In this document: positions 33,101 through 43,352 of the stretch, piece by piece
Position numbering within the stretch: position 1 is the stretch's first letter
How the letters are laid out: the number at the start of each line of letters is the position of its first letter
Source of the DNA: TPA_inf: Saccharomyces
Taxonomy: Eukaryota
Assembly: GCA_000146045.2 (NCBI GenBank)
Contig: BK006938.2
Coordinates: forward strand, 1,408,001 to 1,472,000
DNA length: 64,000 bases
Direction of reading: 5' to 3'
Made by a program: the position numbers and the translations under genes
Notes under the pieces: generated by a model
Told to the model about the DNA's origin: nothing
The model's database searches: none
What the model saw: the letters and a program-made list of their open reading frames with translations, nothing else

Positions 33101-33150
33101 TTTTCCTTTACTTCTTTTCCTTTGTCATTATTCGTTTTCTTTTTTACCAT
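30115..33150 (-). CDS. VPS3: VPS3, CORVET complex subunit (1011 aa)
   Basis: 1011-aa ORF with an acidic/K-rich N-terminus (MVKKKTNNDKGKEVKENEGK...) and a long alpha-solenoid C-terminus. It matches YDR495C in length and position. Confidence 0.92.
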   Translation of the reverse strand: MVKKKTNNDKGKEVKENEGKLDIDSESSPHERENDKKKTEDDSLRATESEETNTHNANPNETVRADKFSQEESRPIEDSPHTDKNTAQESCQPSSAEDNVINTDITSLNEKTSTNDEQEKGLPLKISEGPFTISTLLDNVPSDLIYTCCEAYENHIFLGTTTGDLLHYFELERGNYMLVSQTKFDAESNSKIDKILLLPKVEGALILCDNELVLFILPEFAPRPNTTRLKGISDVVICNFSRSSKAYRIYAFHAEGVRLLKISADSLVLTKAFNFKLIDKACAHEETLMVSKLNSYELINLKSSQVIPLFRISETDEDLEPIITSFNEQSEFLVCSGGGSYDSGAMALVVNHHGDIIKGTIVLKNYPRNVIVEFPYIIAESAFQSVDIYSALPSEKSQLLQSITTSGSDLKISKSDNVFTNTNNSEEFKEKIFNKLRLEPLTHSDNKFRIERERAFVEESYEEKTSLIVYNNLGIHLLVPTPMVLRFTSCEESEIDNIEDQLKKLAKKDLTKFEHIEAKYLMSLLLFLMTLHYDHIEDEVMKKWCDFSDKVDIRILFYMFGWKVYSEIWCFHGLINIVERLKSLKLTNKCENILKMLLMMKNELKKKNKTGLLTNDFDDIMKTIDITLFKLRLEKKETITVDMFERESYDEIIREINLHDDKLPRIELLIEIYKEKGEYLKALNLLREAGDYISLVSFIEENLKKLPEDYIKERIADDLLLTLKQGDENTEECAIKKVLKILDMACINKNDFLNKIPAEETSLKVSFIEQLGVQNSNDSKFLFNYYLAKLREIINQSNIWSILGDFIKEYKDDFAYDKTDITNFIHIKLKHSLQCENFSKYYEKCENLKSENEKDDEFINFTFDEISKIDKEHILTLLFFPNELTNWVSSEELLKIYLSFNDFRSVEKYIGKQNLVAVMKQYLDISSLNYSVELVTNLLQRNFELLDDTDIQLKILETIPSVFPVQTISELLLKVLIKYQEKKEESNLRKCLLKNQISISDELSRNFDSQG

Positions 33151-33432
33151 GGTTCTATAATATTATGGTTGCAACCAAAAAAAGGTAGTCTCCTTGACTG
33201 TTATGATAGTTCTGATTCACTAATGTCGTTATAAAATAGTAAGTACATATGAATATTTCCAGTTAAACTTGCCTTTTTTTCCCATCGGAACGGTATCTTC
33301 AACAGATATTATGCGATGTAAGGAGTTTTTAGGAGACAATTATATATACCTGCACTTTCAATGAGATCAAGCTTTTTATTATTATTGTACAGATGCTTAT
33401 ATACCAAATATTGTGACTTTATCGTAGAAAAT

Positions 33433-35403
33433 TTATTTTAACAATTTAGCCAAAAGCTGAGAGCCTTTGTTACTTTCATCAGTGGTGATTTTACTCTGAA
33501 CTCCTCTCAAATCCTTCAAAAATGGTTTCCCTTCTTTTTGATCTTTTAACGTTTCATACAGTGCAACAATTGTAAATGAACTATCAGCGTTATTAATCCA
33601 TTCTAACAAGTTGGAGGAGTCAATAATTTCATCGTATAACTTTTCAGCAAATGGAACGCCTAAGCCTTGAACATTTTTTAATGGTATGACCTTTTTTTCT
33701 TTGTTATTCCATTTACCACCTTGAATTAGTGCCTTTAATAGTCTAGTAGAAAATGCTCTATGTATTGGGTGCTCTTCTTCGGTTATGTCACCCTTAAAAG
33801 TAGTTAAAATGTTGTTTAAGACCTGTTGATACTTTTCTTGGTCTTTTTCATTCAGCTGCGCGTACAACTCATCGTTTATTAGAACTTCGGCAATGAACTG
33901 ACAGCCTAGATTCTCTGTCAATATACTGGAATAATCTTTTGATATAGTGCTTAAAAACATGGGGGCGAATTTTGACAAAAGTTCGTGCCTTCTTTGTAAA
34001 GGATCCTTCTTAGAGGTGGCTTTGGACAGTTCAATGTATCTCAATAATTCATTCTTGACGATAGGTGAGAAATACTTACCGTCCAAACCTAATAGTATGT
34101 ATAACCAAGGCCTTCTACCAAACTTATCAATTATGAATTCTTGCAAATGTTCCTTAACAGTAGGACTGAAAGTCTTGAATACTAAAACTGTATCGTCAAC
34201 ACAGTTCAGAATTGTAATGAAGACAATATTACCGTACTCATTTTTGATCAATTTTTCGGCGTGGTTTTTCAAAGCCTTTAAAATTAACTTTCTTTCCTTG
34301 GCGTTAGCTCTAGCAACCAAAGTACAAGCAACGTCTGAACCTTCTGGAGTATGCACCAATTCAGCGAATTGTTCATGAAGCAATTCGATCATTTCAGATA
34401 TTTCCTTTTCGTTGGCTATTTTCACATATTCTCTCATAGCAGCATGTAGAATTTGAAAGCCGGTGGAACCCTTTTCTACTGATGCGGTAATGGTACCAAT
34501 CAAGTTTCTGGCGATAATATTCCTTTTTTCAATGCTACTTTCACAAACTTTCTCAATGGTCAAATCTTTGTGGGTTTCTCTAAATACAGCATATTCAGAG
34601 CCCCAAAACTCTTTAATCATTTGTTGTCTTTGTTCATGTGTGGCATAAAGAACAAATAAATCTTCAACAACGTAGGCACCCTCACGATGTCTCATTAATT
34701 TTCTCAAAGAACCGTGTAATTCATTTATTATAGTTTGCCTTGAACTTCTTGAACCATAATGCAGTAACTTAACCAATAGATACTTACCGTACGCAGATGT
34801 GGCTAGAACATAAAATTTTCCCTTTAAAGCATCGACAATTTGTTCACGACGATCTTTGGACGAATACTTGACTAAAGTTTGAACAATACGGGAAGCATCA
34901 TGCTTTAAGACAAGATCACTGATACAGTCCTTAGATAGCTCCCAGATTTCGTTGGAAAGTTTTTCACGAATCTGTTTTGGTAAAGGTGGGGTCTTCACAC
35001 GCAATCTTTCCCAGACGGATTTAATTTGTTGCACTTGGGTACCAGATTTTCTTTGCATTTTCCTTTCTTTTAGCAGTTTTCTTTGTTCAGTGTGATTTCC
35101 ATTTTCACCTCCTTCAGATTTGTCCTTTCCTTCTTTCTCTTCATTCTCATTTTCATGTTCCTCACTGTCATCGGAAATATCTAATTCGTCAGCTTCTTCT
35201 TCTGCTTCAGAGTCACTGGTACTTAAATCATCCAAATCATCATCATCTGATGAAGAGGATACAGCATCTTCCTTTTTGGATAGTTCTGATTCTTCATCAG
35301 ACGAATCAATAGAAATTCTAGGTTTTTTGGCTAATTTCTTTTCTGAATGACTAACTTCTTTAGCAGAACGTTTTCCGTTTGTCTTCTTGGTTAAAGGTGC
35401 CAT
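33433..35403 (-). CDS. PUF6: PUF6, Pumilio-family RNA-binding protein (656 aa), ASH1 mRNA translational repressor
   Basis: 656-aa ORF with an N-terminal acidic/serine tract (SSSDDDDLDDLSTSDSEAEEEADELDISDDSEE) followed by PUF repeats. It matches YDR496C. Confidence 0.92.
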   Translation of the reverse strand: MAPLTKKTNGKRSAKEVSHSEKKLAKKPRISIDSSDEESELSKKEDAVSSSSDDDDLDDLSTSDSEAEEEADELDISDDSEEHENENEEKEGKDKSEGGENGNHTEQRKLLKERKMQRKSGTQVQQIKSVWERLRVKTPPLPKQIREKLSNEIWELSKDCISDLVLKHDASRIVQTLVKYSSKDRREQIVDALKGKFYVLATSAYGKYLLVKLLHYGSRSSRQTIINELHGSLRKLMRHREGAYVVEDLFVLYATHEQRQQMIKEFWGSEYAVFRETHKDLTIEKVCESSIEKRNIIARNLIGTITASVEKGSTGFQILHAAMREYVKIANEKEISEMIELLHEQFAELVHTPEGSDVACTLVARANAKERKLILKALKNHAEKLIKNEYGNIVFITILNCVDDTVLVFKTFSPTVKEHLQEFIIDKFGRRPWLYILLGLDGKYFSPIVKNELLRYIELSKATSKKDPLQRRHELLSKFAPMFLSTISKDYSSILTENLGCQFIAEVLINDELYAQLNEKDQEKYQQVLNNILTTFKGDITEEEHPIHRAFSTRLLKALIQGGKWNNKEKKVIPLKNVQGLGVPFAEKLYDEIIDSSNLLEWINNADSSFTIVALYETLKDQKEGKPFLKDLRGVQSKITTDESNKGSQLLAKLLK

Positions 35404-35712
35404 TGTCAGTTAATTTGTTATTCCTGATTGTGCTTTATTTCAGTACTCTATAATAAAACGCTTTCACCTTCGAAATACTTTAGGTAGGCATCTCATCTCA
35501 TCCCAGCAAAAAAAATTTTCAGTATTTCTCTCAAGGTGAAAAAAAAAAAAGGTCTTCAATGCCGGGTTAGTTAATCTTCTATATATGCATACAACAATTA
35601 GTTCGACTTAAATACAATGAACTTTTTTCTATCTTGTAATTTATTTTTATTTATTTTCTACTATGTATTTGAATATTCAATTGCGTCTCCTTCCTTTTAC
35701 CTCGTGAAAGGA

Positions 35713-37467
35713 CTATATATCCTCTATAATCTCTTGAGTTGGTTCATATTTCAATTCATGAACTCTGGCAACTTGCTGTTTTCTCTTCTTGGCCAAAGCT
35801 TTCGAGGCTTTGATGTTGAACCCGTCCTTCAAAATAGTTTGTACCTCTTCTAACTCCAATCCCGATAATTCTGGATAACAGAAGTAGCAGAAAATGGTTG
35901 ATAAGCACGACAATCCCGCGAAAAAGGCAAATGTACCTGCAGGAGTGATATTCTGTAACATGGTCAAAAATGTGGATGCAATAACCAGTGAACCAGCCCA
36001 GTTTGTAGCAGTTGCATATGAAGTCCCAATACCTCTCACGTTTTGGGGGAATAGTTCCGATTGTTGCCATGGAACAGTACCGATACCAAGAGCGTAGAAC
36101 GCAGCAAATACGATAATAAATACGATGATCACAATACCCCAAGAGGAGAAACCGGAGGAAACCACCACAGCGACAGCGCCATCAAACTTAATACCTAGAA
36201 AATGGAAAGCAATAGAGCACACGACTAAAGCCATGGTCATGCCTGGTAATCCAATCAATAATATGGTTCTACGGCCTATTTTGTCAATGGAAAAAAAGGC
36301 AACTAAAGTGAAAATAAAATTGGTACCGGACACGATGATTGAAACAGCGGAAGAATTTTTGAAACCGACAGTTTCGAAGATGGTACCAGAGAAATACATC
36401 AACGAATTCCAACCGGTAAACTGTTGAATTGCTTGTAAACCACAACCAATGATCAAAGCCCTTAGATTAGATGGTACTGTGTGCAATTCTTTGATGGTAT
36501 TCCAGACTTTTTCAGGGACATTCTTACCAGGAATAGATTGATTCAAAGTAACAAGTTCTTCCACCTTACGTTCAATGATTTCCTCCGAAGTGTCAGTGTA
36601 ACTTCTCTTCAACACCTCAGTAGCCCTTGCCAAGTCGCCCTTCATAACGTAGTATCTTGGAGTGTCAGGTAAAAAGCACAGGCATGTGAATTGCACAGCA
36701 GTGGGAATTAGTGACAATCCAACAAGAATTCTCCAACCATTGTTGACGTAGTTTAACCCAGCACCGCAACCGTAAGCGACTAATTGACCACCAGTCAACC
36801 ATAAGGAATTGATGACAGTTAGTCTCCCTCTGATCATTTTGGGAGCAATTTCACTGATGAAAAGTGGCGCGATCAAGGAGCCGATACCGACACCGAAACC
36901 CATGATCAGTCTACCAACAGCCATTTGCCAGAATGTGTGTGCGGAGACCTGTAAGATTGCGCCAATGACAAACATCAGATTCGAACCCATTAAACAACGT
37001 TTCCTACCAAATATGTCAGCTGCAGTACCGGCGAAAATACTGGTAATCAAAGCTCCCAGAGAGGTAGCCGCAGTGACAATTTCCTTCTCCCCATAAGTAA
37101 GTACCTTGTGGTCCAGATCTGTGCCGATCGAGATCAGCGCACTGGATATATAACCAGTGTCGTAACCAAACATGAAACCGGATATGGATGCGACAAAAGT
37201 CAGAGTGATGATGAAGGGCGAAAGAGATTGGTTAAAAGTGATCATGACCGACGTGTCATCCTCGTCGTTCACGGGTTTAATTTGAATCCTATCTTCATCA
37301 TCGCTAGCGGGAGCCCTCTGTATTTCATGTGACTCAAGTGTAATTTTACCTCTCTTTGAAGGTGAGTCATGCTCACTGTTGAACTCTACACTATCAGCGT
37401 TGCCAACGGCATCACCAACATTTGATTGCGATGTCTTTGACGTGAGATATGGTATGTGTATTCCCAT
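35713..37467 (-). CDS. ITR1: ITR1, myo-inositol transporter, MFS sugar-porter family (584 aa)
   Basis: 12-TM MFS with sugar-transporter signatures ([20 protein letters not shown]-like [19 protein letters not shown]). The track ORF starts at an upstream TTG. The ATG at 37465-37467 ([16 protein letters not shown]) gives 584 aa. Confidence 0.93.
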   Translation of the reverse strand: MGIHIPYLTSKTSQSNVGDAVGNADSVEFNSEHDSPSKRGKITLESHEIQRAPASDDEDRIQIKPVNDEDDTSVMITFNQSLSPFIITLTFVASISGFMFGYDTGYISSALISIGTDLDHKVLTYGEKEIVTAATSLGALITSIFAGTAADIFGRKRCLMGSNLMFVIGAILQVSAHTFWQMAVGRLIMGFGVGIGSLIAPLFISEIAPKMIRGRLTVINSLWLTGGQLVAYGCGAGLNYVNNGWRILVGLSLIPTAVQFTCLCFLPDTPRYYVMKGDLARATEVLKRSYTDTSEEIIERKVEELVTLNQSIPGKNVPEKVWNTIKELHTVPSNLRALIIGCGLQAIQQFTGWNSLMYFSGTIFETVGFKNSSAVSIIVSGTNFIFTLVAFFSIDKIGRRTILLIGLPGMTMALVVCSIAFHFLGIKFDGAVAVVVSSGFSSWGIVIIVFIIVFAAFYALGIGTVPWQQSELFPQNVRGIGTSYATATNWAGSLVIASTFLTMLQNITPAGTFAFFAGLSCLSTIFCYFCYPELSGLELEEVQTILKDGFNIKASKALAKKRKQQVARVHELKYEPTQEIIEDI

Positions 37468-37842
37468 TTTAACACCCACTGCAGAAACAAAGAAAATGAA
37501 AGAGATGTATACAGTAGGACGACCAATAAATCTGAATAGCGCACCAAACTGAAAGAGAAGAATAGAGCAAACACCTGCCAAAGAAAAGCCCAAGTGTGAA
37601 AGGTCTTTTCTCAACTATGGCTTGATTCCTTTTATATTTTTTCCATTTTGCAACAGCGCGTTGAGCTTGGTCGAGCTTTTTTCACATGCGGTGGGGAAGG
37701 CGTATTTAGCGCAACCAGTGGGGGGTATAAGCTATACCTAACGCATGTGAAGAGAACAGAAACAATGGTGAGAGAAAATAAATGGAGAGGATGGAGAGAA
37801 CTAAGTATATGCGCTTATTATGTTATATAGATGTTAAAATTA

Positions 37843-38994
37843 TCATAGCTCATCATGTGAGACGATCCTGTCCACGGCCTCATCGACAGCCCGCTGGATA
37901 CTACTGACGGCTGATACAGATGCGAATGGTTCCACAGAGGTTGCTGAGGATGTAGTTGTAGTGGCTAGAATGGGTGCATTTAGCACAAGACTGGGTGCTT
38001 GAAGAGAGGACGAGGAGCCTGCATAGCTTTTAACTAGACCTAGGGTGACGAGTATACCCTTGAAAAACTTGAATAGCAGCCAGAGGCCGAGTTTAACAGG
38101 TAACTTGAAAATACGACGCCATAGAACCCACGAGACGCAGCATAGGAGGAACCCAAGTGATAAATAGACATCTCGTTTCTCTTGATGGGAGGCATTTTCC
38201 AGTACTTTGACCAAATCGGCAGTTTTCTTGAAGACGGTTTCGAATTGAGTGTACTTGTCATCGATTTGTGTTAAGGAATTGGTTTGGGCTCTCAATTCAT
38301 CCAAATTCAGGTCACTTTGTAAAATTCCGGACTGCAAAATTTGATTTCCTCTCACCAAGTTATTCGTCAGTTGTTTTGTTTTGCTCAAAAGCTTCTCTCT
38401 AGTGCTGGCTTTTTCCATCGATGTGGACGTTAAGCTTGACGATGACGACGTTCCTTGGTGAAGCTTGTCGTAATCCACAGCGTGAAATTTTATAGCGCGG
38501 TCTCTTTTCTCGTCGTTCCAAGCTAAGTCACGTTTGTGGTGTTGTCGTAGAATCTCTTTGACTTTCAGGCGGTAGCAATAGAACCAATCGACGAATTGCA
38601 ACACGAAATCCAGTTCTTCGACCAACTGAGCATATATGTCCTCGTTCATTTGTTTATCAAGCTTCACAATATGCAACTTATCGCATTGATCGTATCTAGG
38701 GCTTTTTTCCCACTGTAATTTTAATTCGGGGTATTTGTAGGTCATTTCCACAATACTACATTTCAGTACCGATTCGAAATCTGAAACTTTGCTCTCTATA
38801 ATATTCACCAAATCCTCAAATTCAATCTCTTCTTCTTCATCATTGTGTTCGTTGGCAATGGCTGCAAAACTGTCCTTATTATCATGCTTGCTTTCTCCGC
38901 TTTCTTTTCTGCGGGAGATTGCACTTAATTTTTGCAAATTATTTAATAATGCATCTTGCAAAACTTCCAGGTCCTGCAAAAATGTCACGACCAT
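37843..38994 (-). CDS. SEC20: SEC20, ER t-SNARE-like membrane glycoprotein for Golgi-to-ER retrograde transport (383 aa)
   Basis: 383-aa ORF with a TM segment (LSLGFLLCCVSWVLWRRIF) and a C-terminal HDEL ER-retrieval signal (...RIVSHDEL*). Confidence 0.93.
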   Translation of the reverse strand: MVVTFLQDLEVLQDALLNNLQKLSAISRRKESGESKHDNKDSFAAIANEHNDEEEEIEFEDLVNIIESKVSDFESVLKCSIVEMTYKYPELKLQWEKSPRYDQCDKLHIVKLDKQMNEDIYAQLVEELDFVLQFVDWFYCYRLKVKEILRQHHKRDLAWNDEKRDRAIKFHAVDYDKLHQGTSSSSSLTSTSMEKASTREKLLSKTKQLTNNLVRGNQILQSGILQSDLNLDELRAQTNSLTQIDDKYTQFETVFKKTADLVKVLENASHQEKRDVYLSLGFLLCCVSWVLWRRIFKLPVKLGLWLLFKFFKGILVTLGLVKSYAGSSSSLQAPSLVLNAPILATTTTSSATSVEPFASVSAVSSIQRAVDEAVDRIVSHDEL

Positions 38995-39829
38995 AATCTT
39001 TAATGGCTTTATAGTTTGTTATGCGCCTTGGCAGCGTGATCCGATCTTACTTGTTAACTGTATATCAGGTATTTCTGTTGGCATTTTTACAACTGCGAAT
39101 GTATTTTTCATTATTTAGTAACAATTCTATTTACCCGGACAGCGTGTGCAGGTGATTTATTGATAAAGTCACTGGTAAAGACGTGCTTTCTTTAGTGTGG
39201 GATTAGATTTACCACTTGTTTTGAGATTAGGAAAATTCCAACGTTTGCTAAAGGTGCAAACGAAGCTGTTTTGTTGCTTTTCTTTTCTTTATGTAATTGT
39301 ATTTACCATGATCCTCTTTGGTGCGGCGCTAACAATAGAAAAAAATACACACACATTAGATTGGAATTAGAGCTTAAGTGGTACAAACTAGGGCTAATAA
39401 AGAGGTAACGGTCGGTTCTCTACTAAGGTTCGTATTGTGTGGCACCGATGTTAAGCACTTTTAAGCGGAATAACTCGAGTGGAAATTTTATGTTTAGTTA
39501 GGTTTTACCTTGAATTTTTTTAAAAAAAAAAGAGTCAGACAGGCTCGCTCTTTCCTACTAAATATTAGGAGCAAAGCAGTAAAAAGTCTCTGAATAAGGA
39601 TAGTAACCTGTAGTAACTCCAAAATTTATCTTACAAAGAGCTATTAGTATCTTGGTTCTTCTATTTTCTTCGATTATTGGTGATTTTTCCCGCCTCTAGC
39701 CAAATCCGAGCGTTCCATCGATTTTTTGGGGAAAACAGCACATGCAATAAAATAAAAAGCAAACAAATACGCGATAGTGCACGAAACGTCAACACAATCA
39801 TCAAACTCTTTTGCATATTTCTATTATAG

Positions 39830-42073
39830 ATGAGACGAGAAACGGTGGGTGAATTTTCTTCAGATGACGATGATGATATTCTTTTGGAATTAGGCACCAG
39901 GCCTCCAAGGTTTACTCAAATACCGCCATCATCAGCAGCATTACAAACACAAATTCCCACTACTTTGGAGGTTACAACGACCACATTAAACAATAAACAG
40001 AGTAAAAATGATAACCAACTGGTTAACCAACTGAATAAAGCTCAAGGTGAAGCAAGCATGCTTCGTGATAAAATAAACTTTTTGAACATTGAAAGGGAAA
40101 AGGAAAAGAATATTCAAGCCGTCAAAGTTAATGAATTGCAAGTCAAGCATCTTCAAGAGTTGGCTAAATTAAAACAAGAATTACAGAAACTGGAAGATGA
40201 GAAGAAGTTCTTACAGATGGAAGCGAGAGGAAAATCGAAAAGGGAAGTTATTACGAATGTAAAACCACCGTCAACAACATTATCAACAAACACAAACACT
40301 ATAACGCCAGATTCGTCCTCAGTTGCAATCGAAGCAAAACCTCAATCACCACAATCAAAAAAACGTAAGATAAGTGATAATTTACTGAAAAAAAATATGG
40401 TTCCCCTAAACCCAAATAGGATTATTCCCGATGAAACGAGTTTATTTCTAGAGTCAATATTACTTCATCAAATAATAGGCGCTGACCTGAGCACAATAGA
40501 AATATTAAATAGATTGAAGCTTGACTACATCACAGAGTTTAAATTTAAGAATTTCGTCATTGCTAAAGGAGCCCCCATAGGGAAGTCCATAGTTTCTCTA
40601 CTTTTGCGATGTAAAAAGACGTTGACCCTCGACAGGTTCATAGATACTTTGCTAGAGGATATAGCTGTTTTGATCAAGGAAATATCAGTTCATCCAAATG
40701 AATCGAAATTAGCTGTCCCATTTCTCGTTGCATTGATGTATCAGATTGTACAATTTCGTCCTAGTGCCACTCATAATTTAGCACTGAAGGATTGTTTTCT
40801 TTTTATTTGCGATTTAATAAGAATCTATCATCATGTATTGAAAGTACCGATACATGAATCAAATATGAATTTGCATGTAGAACCTCAGATTTTCCAATAT
40901 GAACTGATAGACTATTTGATAATTTCGTATTCCTTTGATCTCCTAGAAGGTATATTAAGGGTACTGCAGTCGCATCCTAAGCAAACTTATATGGAATTTT
41001 TTGATGAAAATATTCTAAAATCATTTGAATTTGTCTACAAACTAGCACTAACCATTTCATACAAGCCAATGGTAAATGTAATATTTAGTGCAGTCGAGGT
41101 CGTTAATATTATCACTAGTATAATATTAAATATGGACAATTCCTCAGATCTGAAATCCTTGATAAGCGGTAGTTGGTGGAGAGATTGTATTACAAGATTA
41201 TACGCTCTTTTGGAAAAGGAAATTAAGAGTGGCGACGTATATAATGAAAATGTGGATACTACAACTCTTCATATGTCGAAGTACCATGACTTTTTTGGGT
41301 TAATCCGAAATATAGGTGATAATGAATTGGGAGGATTGATATCAAAGCTGATTTATACTGACCGATTGCAAAGTGTCCCAAGGGTAATTTCTAAAGAGGA
41401 TATTGGGATGGATAGCGACAAATTCACTGCCCCTATAATAGGTTACAAGATGGAAAAATGGCTTTTGAAGTTAAAAGATGAAGTTTTAAATATTTTTGAA
41501 AATTTATTAATGATCTATGGAGACGATGCGACCATAGTAAATGGAGAAATGCTCATCCACTCCTCTAAATTCTTATCCAGGGAGCAAGCGTTAATGATAG
41601 AAAGGTACGTGGGACAAGACTCCCCGAACTTGGACCTCAGATGCCATCTTATTGAACATACTTTAACCATAATATATAGGCTATGGAAAGACCATTTCAA
41701 ACAATTGCGTGAAGAACAAATCAAGCAGGTAGAAAGCCAATTGATTATGTCACTATGGAGGTTTCTCGTATGCCAAACCGAAACTGTGACAGCAAACGAA
41801 AGAGAAATGAGAGATCATCGACACCTTGTAGATAGTTTGCATGATCTGACGATAAAGGATCAAGCCTCTTATTACGAAGATGCCTTTGAGGATTTACCAG
41901 AATATATCGAAGAAGAATTGAAGATGCAATTGAATAAAAGAACGGGGAGAATAATGCAAGTAAAGTACGATGAGAAATTTCAAGAAATGGCAAGAACTAT
42001 TCTTGAGTCAAAATCATTCGATCTAACCACACTAGAGGAGGCCGATTCATTATATATCTCAATGGGACTGTAA
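39830..42073 (+). CDS. LCD1: LCD1/DDC2, Mec1-interacting DNA-damage checkpoint protein (ATRIP homologue, 747 aa)
   Basis: 747-aa ORF MRRETVGEFSSDDDDDILLELGTRPPRF... with an N-terminal acidic RPA-binding region followed by a coiled coil. It matches YDR499W. Confidence 0.92.
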   Translation: MRRETVGEFSSDDDDDILLELGTRPPRFTQIPPSSAALQTQIPTTLEVTTTTLNNKQSKNDNQLVNQLNKAQGEASMLRDKINFLNIEREKEKNIQAVKVNELQVKHLQELAKLKQELQKLEDEKKFLQMEARGKSKREVITNVKPPSTTLSTNTNTITPDSSSVAIEAKPQSPQSKKRKISDNLLKKNMVPLNPNRIIPDETSLFLESILLHQIIGADLSTIEILNRLKLDYITEFKFKNFVIAKGAPIGKSIVSLLLRCKKTLTLDRFIDTLLEDIAVLIKEISVHPNESKLAVPFLVALMYQIVQFRPSATHNLALKDCFLFICDLIRIYHHVLKVPIHESNMNLHVEPQIFQYELIDYLIISYSFDLLEGILRVLQSHPKQTYMEFFDENILKSFEFVYKLALTISYKPMVNVIFSAVEVVNIITSIILNMDNSSDLKSLISGSWWRDCITRLYALLEKEIKSGDVYNENVDTTTLHMSKYHDFFGLIRNIGDNELGGLISKLIYTDRLQSVPRVISKEDIGMDSDKFTAPIIGYKMEKWLLKLKDEVLNIFENLLMIYGDDATIVNGEMLIHSSKFLSREQALMIERYVGQDSPNLDLRCHLIEHTLTIIYRLWKDHFKQLREEQIKQVESQLIMSLWRFLVCQTETVTANEREMRDHRHLVDSLHDLTIKDQASYYEDAFEDLPEYIEEELKMQLNKRTGRIMQVKYDEKFQEMARTILESKSFDLTTLEEADSLYISMGL

Positions 42074-42197
42074 GGCAACAATCAAAAGGGGAAAATGTCA
42101 ACGCTTTATAGAAACCTTGTAATGCTTAATATTAACTATATATAATTTATATTATTTTCGTTTTAGGAAAGAACAAAACTTATAGATAATATCAAAT

Positions 42198-42853
42198 TTA
42201 AGCAGAAGTAGCCTTAGCAGAACCGGTTTGGAAACCGTTCTTAAATCTTCTGGAGACATGCTTCAAATATCTCATTCTACCGGTACCAGTAGTGTGTCTT
42301 CTCTTTGCCTTGGCAGCCCAGTTGTGAGATCTAGTCTTAGCGGATGGGTAACCACAAGAGGAACAGGTCTTCTTTTGAACATGGAAAGAACGACGACCAC
42401 ATCTGTTACACAAGGTGTGAGATTTGTTGTGACGCTTACCGAATGAAGGAGTACCCTCTGTTTAAAATGAAAACATAAAAGTTAATTATCGTTAGTAAAA
42501 CTTTGAACTAAATAAACTCTACTGCTGGATTCAGAACAACTTCATTGGCGGTCTAGATGTGTGTTGCTGTCTTACACTATTTCTTCTCACCTTTTTGTAT
42601 TGACACTCAAATCTTTTTATTCGCTCTTTATGCATCCGTTATGTGCAATTTCTTATCATCAATGGCTCTGGCAACATTCATCATTCTATATTTTTAAATC
42701 TTTTGGCATAGTGAATAACGTAGGTCTTAGTTTACCTGGCCTCTCCTGGTGGAAAATTTTTTCAGTGCTTCTTTCTCATGTAATCCTCTAAATCAGACCG
42801 GATGTGATTGAACGTTGACTCATCAATTAATAATTCCTGTACATACTACCCAT
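42198..42853 (-). CDS. RPL37B: RPL37B, ribosomal protein L37 (88 aa), two exons: exon1 42847..42853 (ATGGGTA), intron 42458..42846, exon2 42198..42457
   Basis: Exon 2 encodes ...[37 protein letters not shown]...KATSA* with a C4 zinc ribbon. Revcomp of 42841-42853 gives ATGGGTA|GTATGT, a canonical 5' splice site. The branch point TACTAAC is revcomp gttagta at 42491-42497. The 3' splice site is AAACAG| (plus ctgttt at 42458-42463). Joined, the exons read ATG GGT A|AG GGT ACT = MGKGT..., 267 nt, 88 aa. Confidence 0.9.
42458..42846 (-). other. RPL37B: Spliceosomal intron of RPL37B (389 nt) with GTATGT...TACTAAC...CAG signals
   Basis: See the RPL37B CDS entry; all three canonical yeast intron signals are present in the expected order and spacing. 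Confidence 0.85.
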
Positions 42854-43082
42854 CTTTACTTATATATTCGTTTACCTCTTTGTTCTTTATCTACACATAG
42901 TAGTGCTTTTTGTTACCGCTTTCTATAGTAACCTATGCTTACTATTCCAGCCATGTTTCCAATCTCATCCTTCCCGCAAGTGGCAGGAAGATTCTCAGTG
43001 ATAATATTAGTGGTGTACGGAGTGCTTGAAGAAAAAAAAAACTGATATAGAACCCAAAAATGTTCGGCTTTTAAAATACAAA

Positions 43083-43095
43083 TATGTACAGGTGT
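43083..43095 (-). promoter_or_regulatory. RPL37B: Rap1-like site (TATGTACAGGTGT = revcomp ACACCTGTACATA; 12/13 to ACACCCRYACAYM) ~230 bp upstream of RPL37B
   Basis: Ribosomal-protein promoters carry Rap1 sites 200-400 bp upstream followed by T-rich tracts; T-rich runs follow at 43130-43160 and 43261-43272. Confidence 0.35.
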
Positions 43096-43120
43096 TAATG
43101 TCTAAATAATGATAATCCAA

Positions 43121-43146
43121 ACGCGATAATTTTTTTTTCGCGTTTG
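43121..43146 (+). promoter_or_regulatory. PLM2: ACGCGA ... TTTCGCG (revcomp CGCGAAA, SCB) inverted pair ~210-230 bp upstream of PLM2
   Basis: AACGCGATAATTTTTTTTTCGCGTTT contains an MCB-like ACGCG core and an SCB CGCGAAA on the opposite strand. PLM2 is a known G1/S SBF/MBF target. Confidence 0.45.
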
Positions 43147-43352
43147 TTTTTGTTTCAGAAGAATAAGTAAACACTTCTGCCTCTCCCAAGAAAGTTTAAT
43201 TTCTCTCCTTATTTGCCGTTTCTATCGTTACTAGCAACGGGGAACAATATATAGAAGCGTTTTTTTTTTTGGTATACTATTTACACAATATTTGCCGATT
43301 TCATTAGTCTTTTCGCTAGAAGTTTCACGACAAAATCGTCACAATTTTGGTT

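Noticed and set aside
35713-37614. N-terminally extended versions of ITR1 (633 aa), SAM2 (415 aa), VPS60 (276 aa), PKH1 (778 aa), YDR476C (277 aa), DIG2 (355 aa), SMT3 (125 aa), GMC1 (618 aa), GNP1 (666 aa), EMI1 (193 aa), SNF1 (642 aa) and PLM2 (523 aa) in the ORF track
   Set aside because: In each case the first codon of the track ORF is TTG, GTG or CTG, which I checked in the sequence. The ORF finder evidently allows near-cognate starts. The first in-frame ATG gives exactly the protein length I recall for the known gene, so the extensions are treated as artefacts. VPS72 is the one exception with a real upstream ATG and is reported as a finding.
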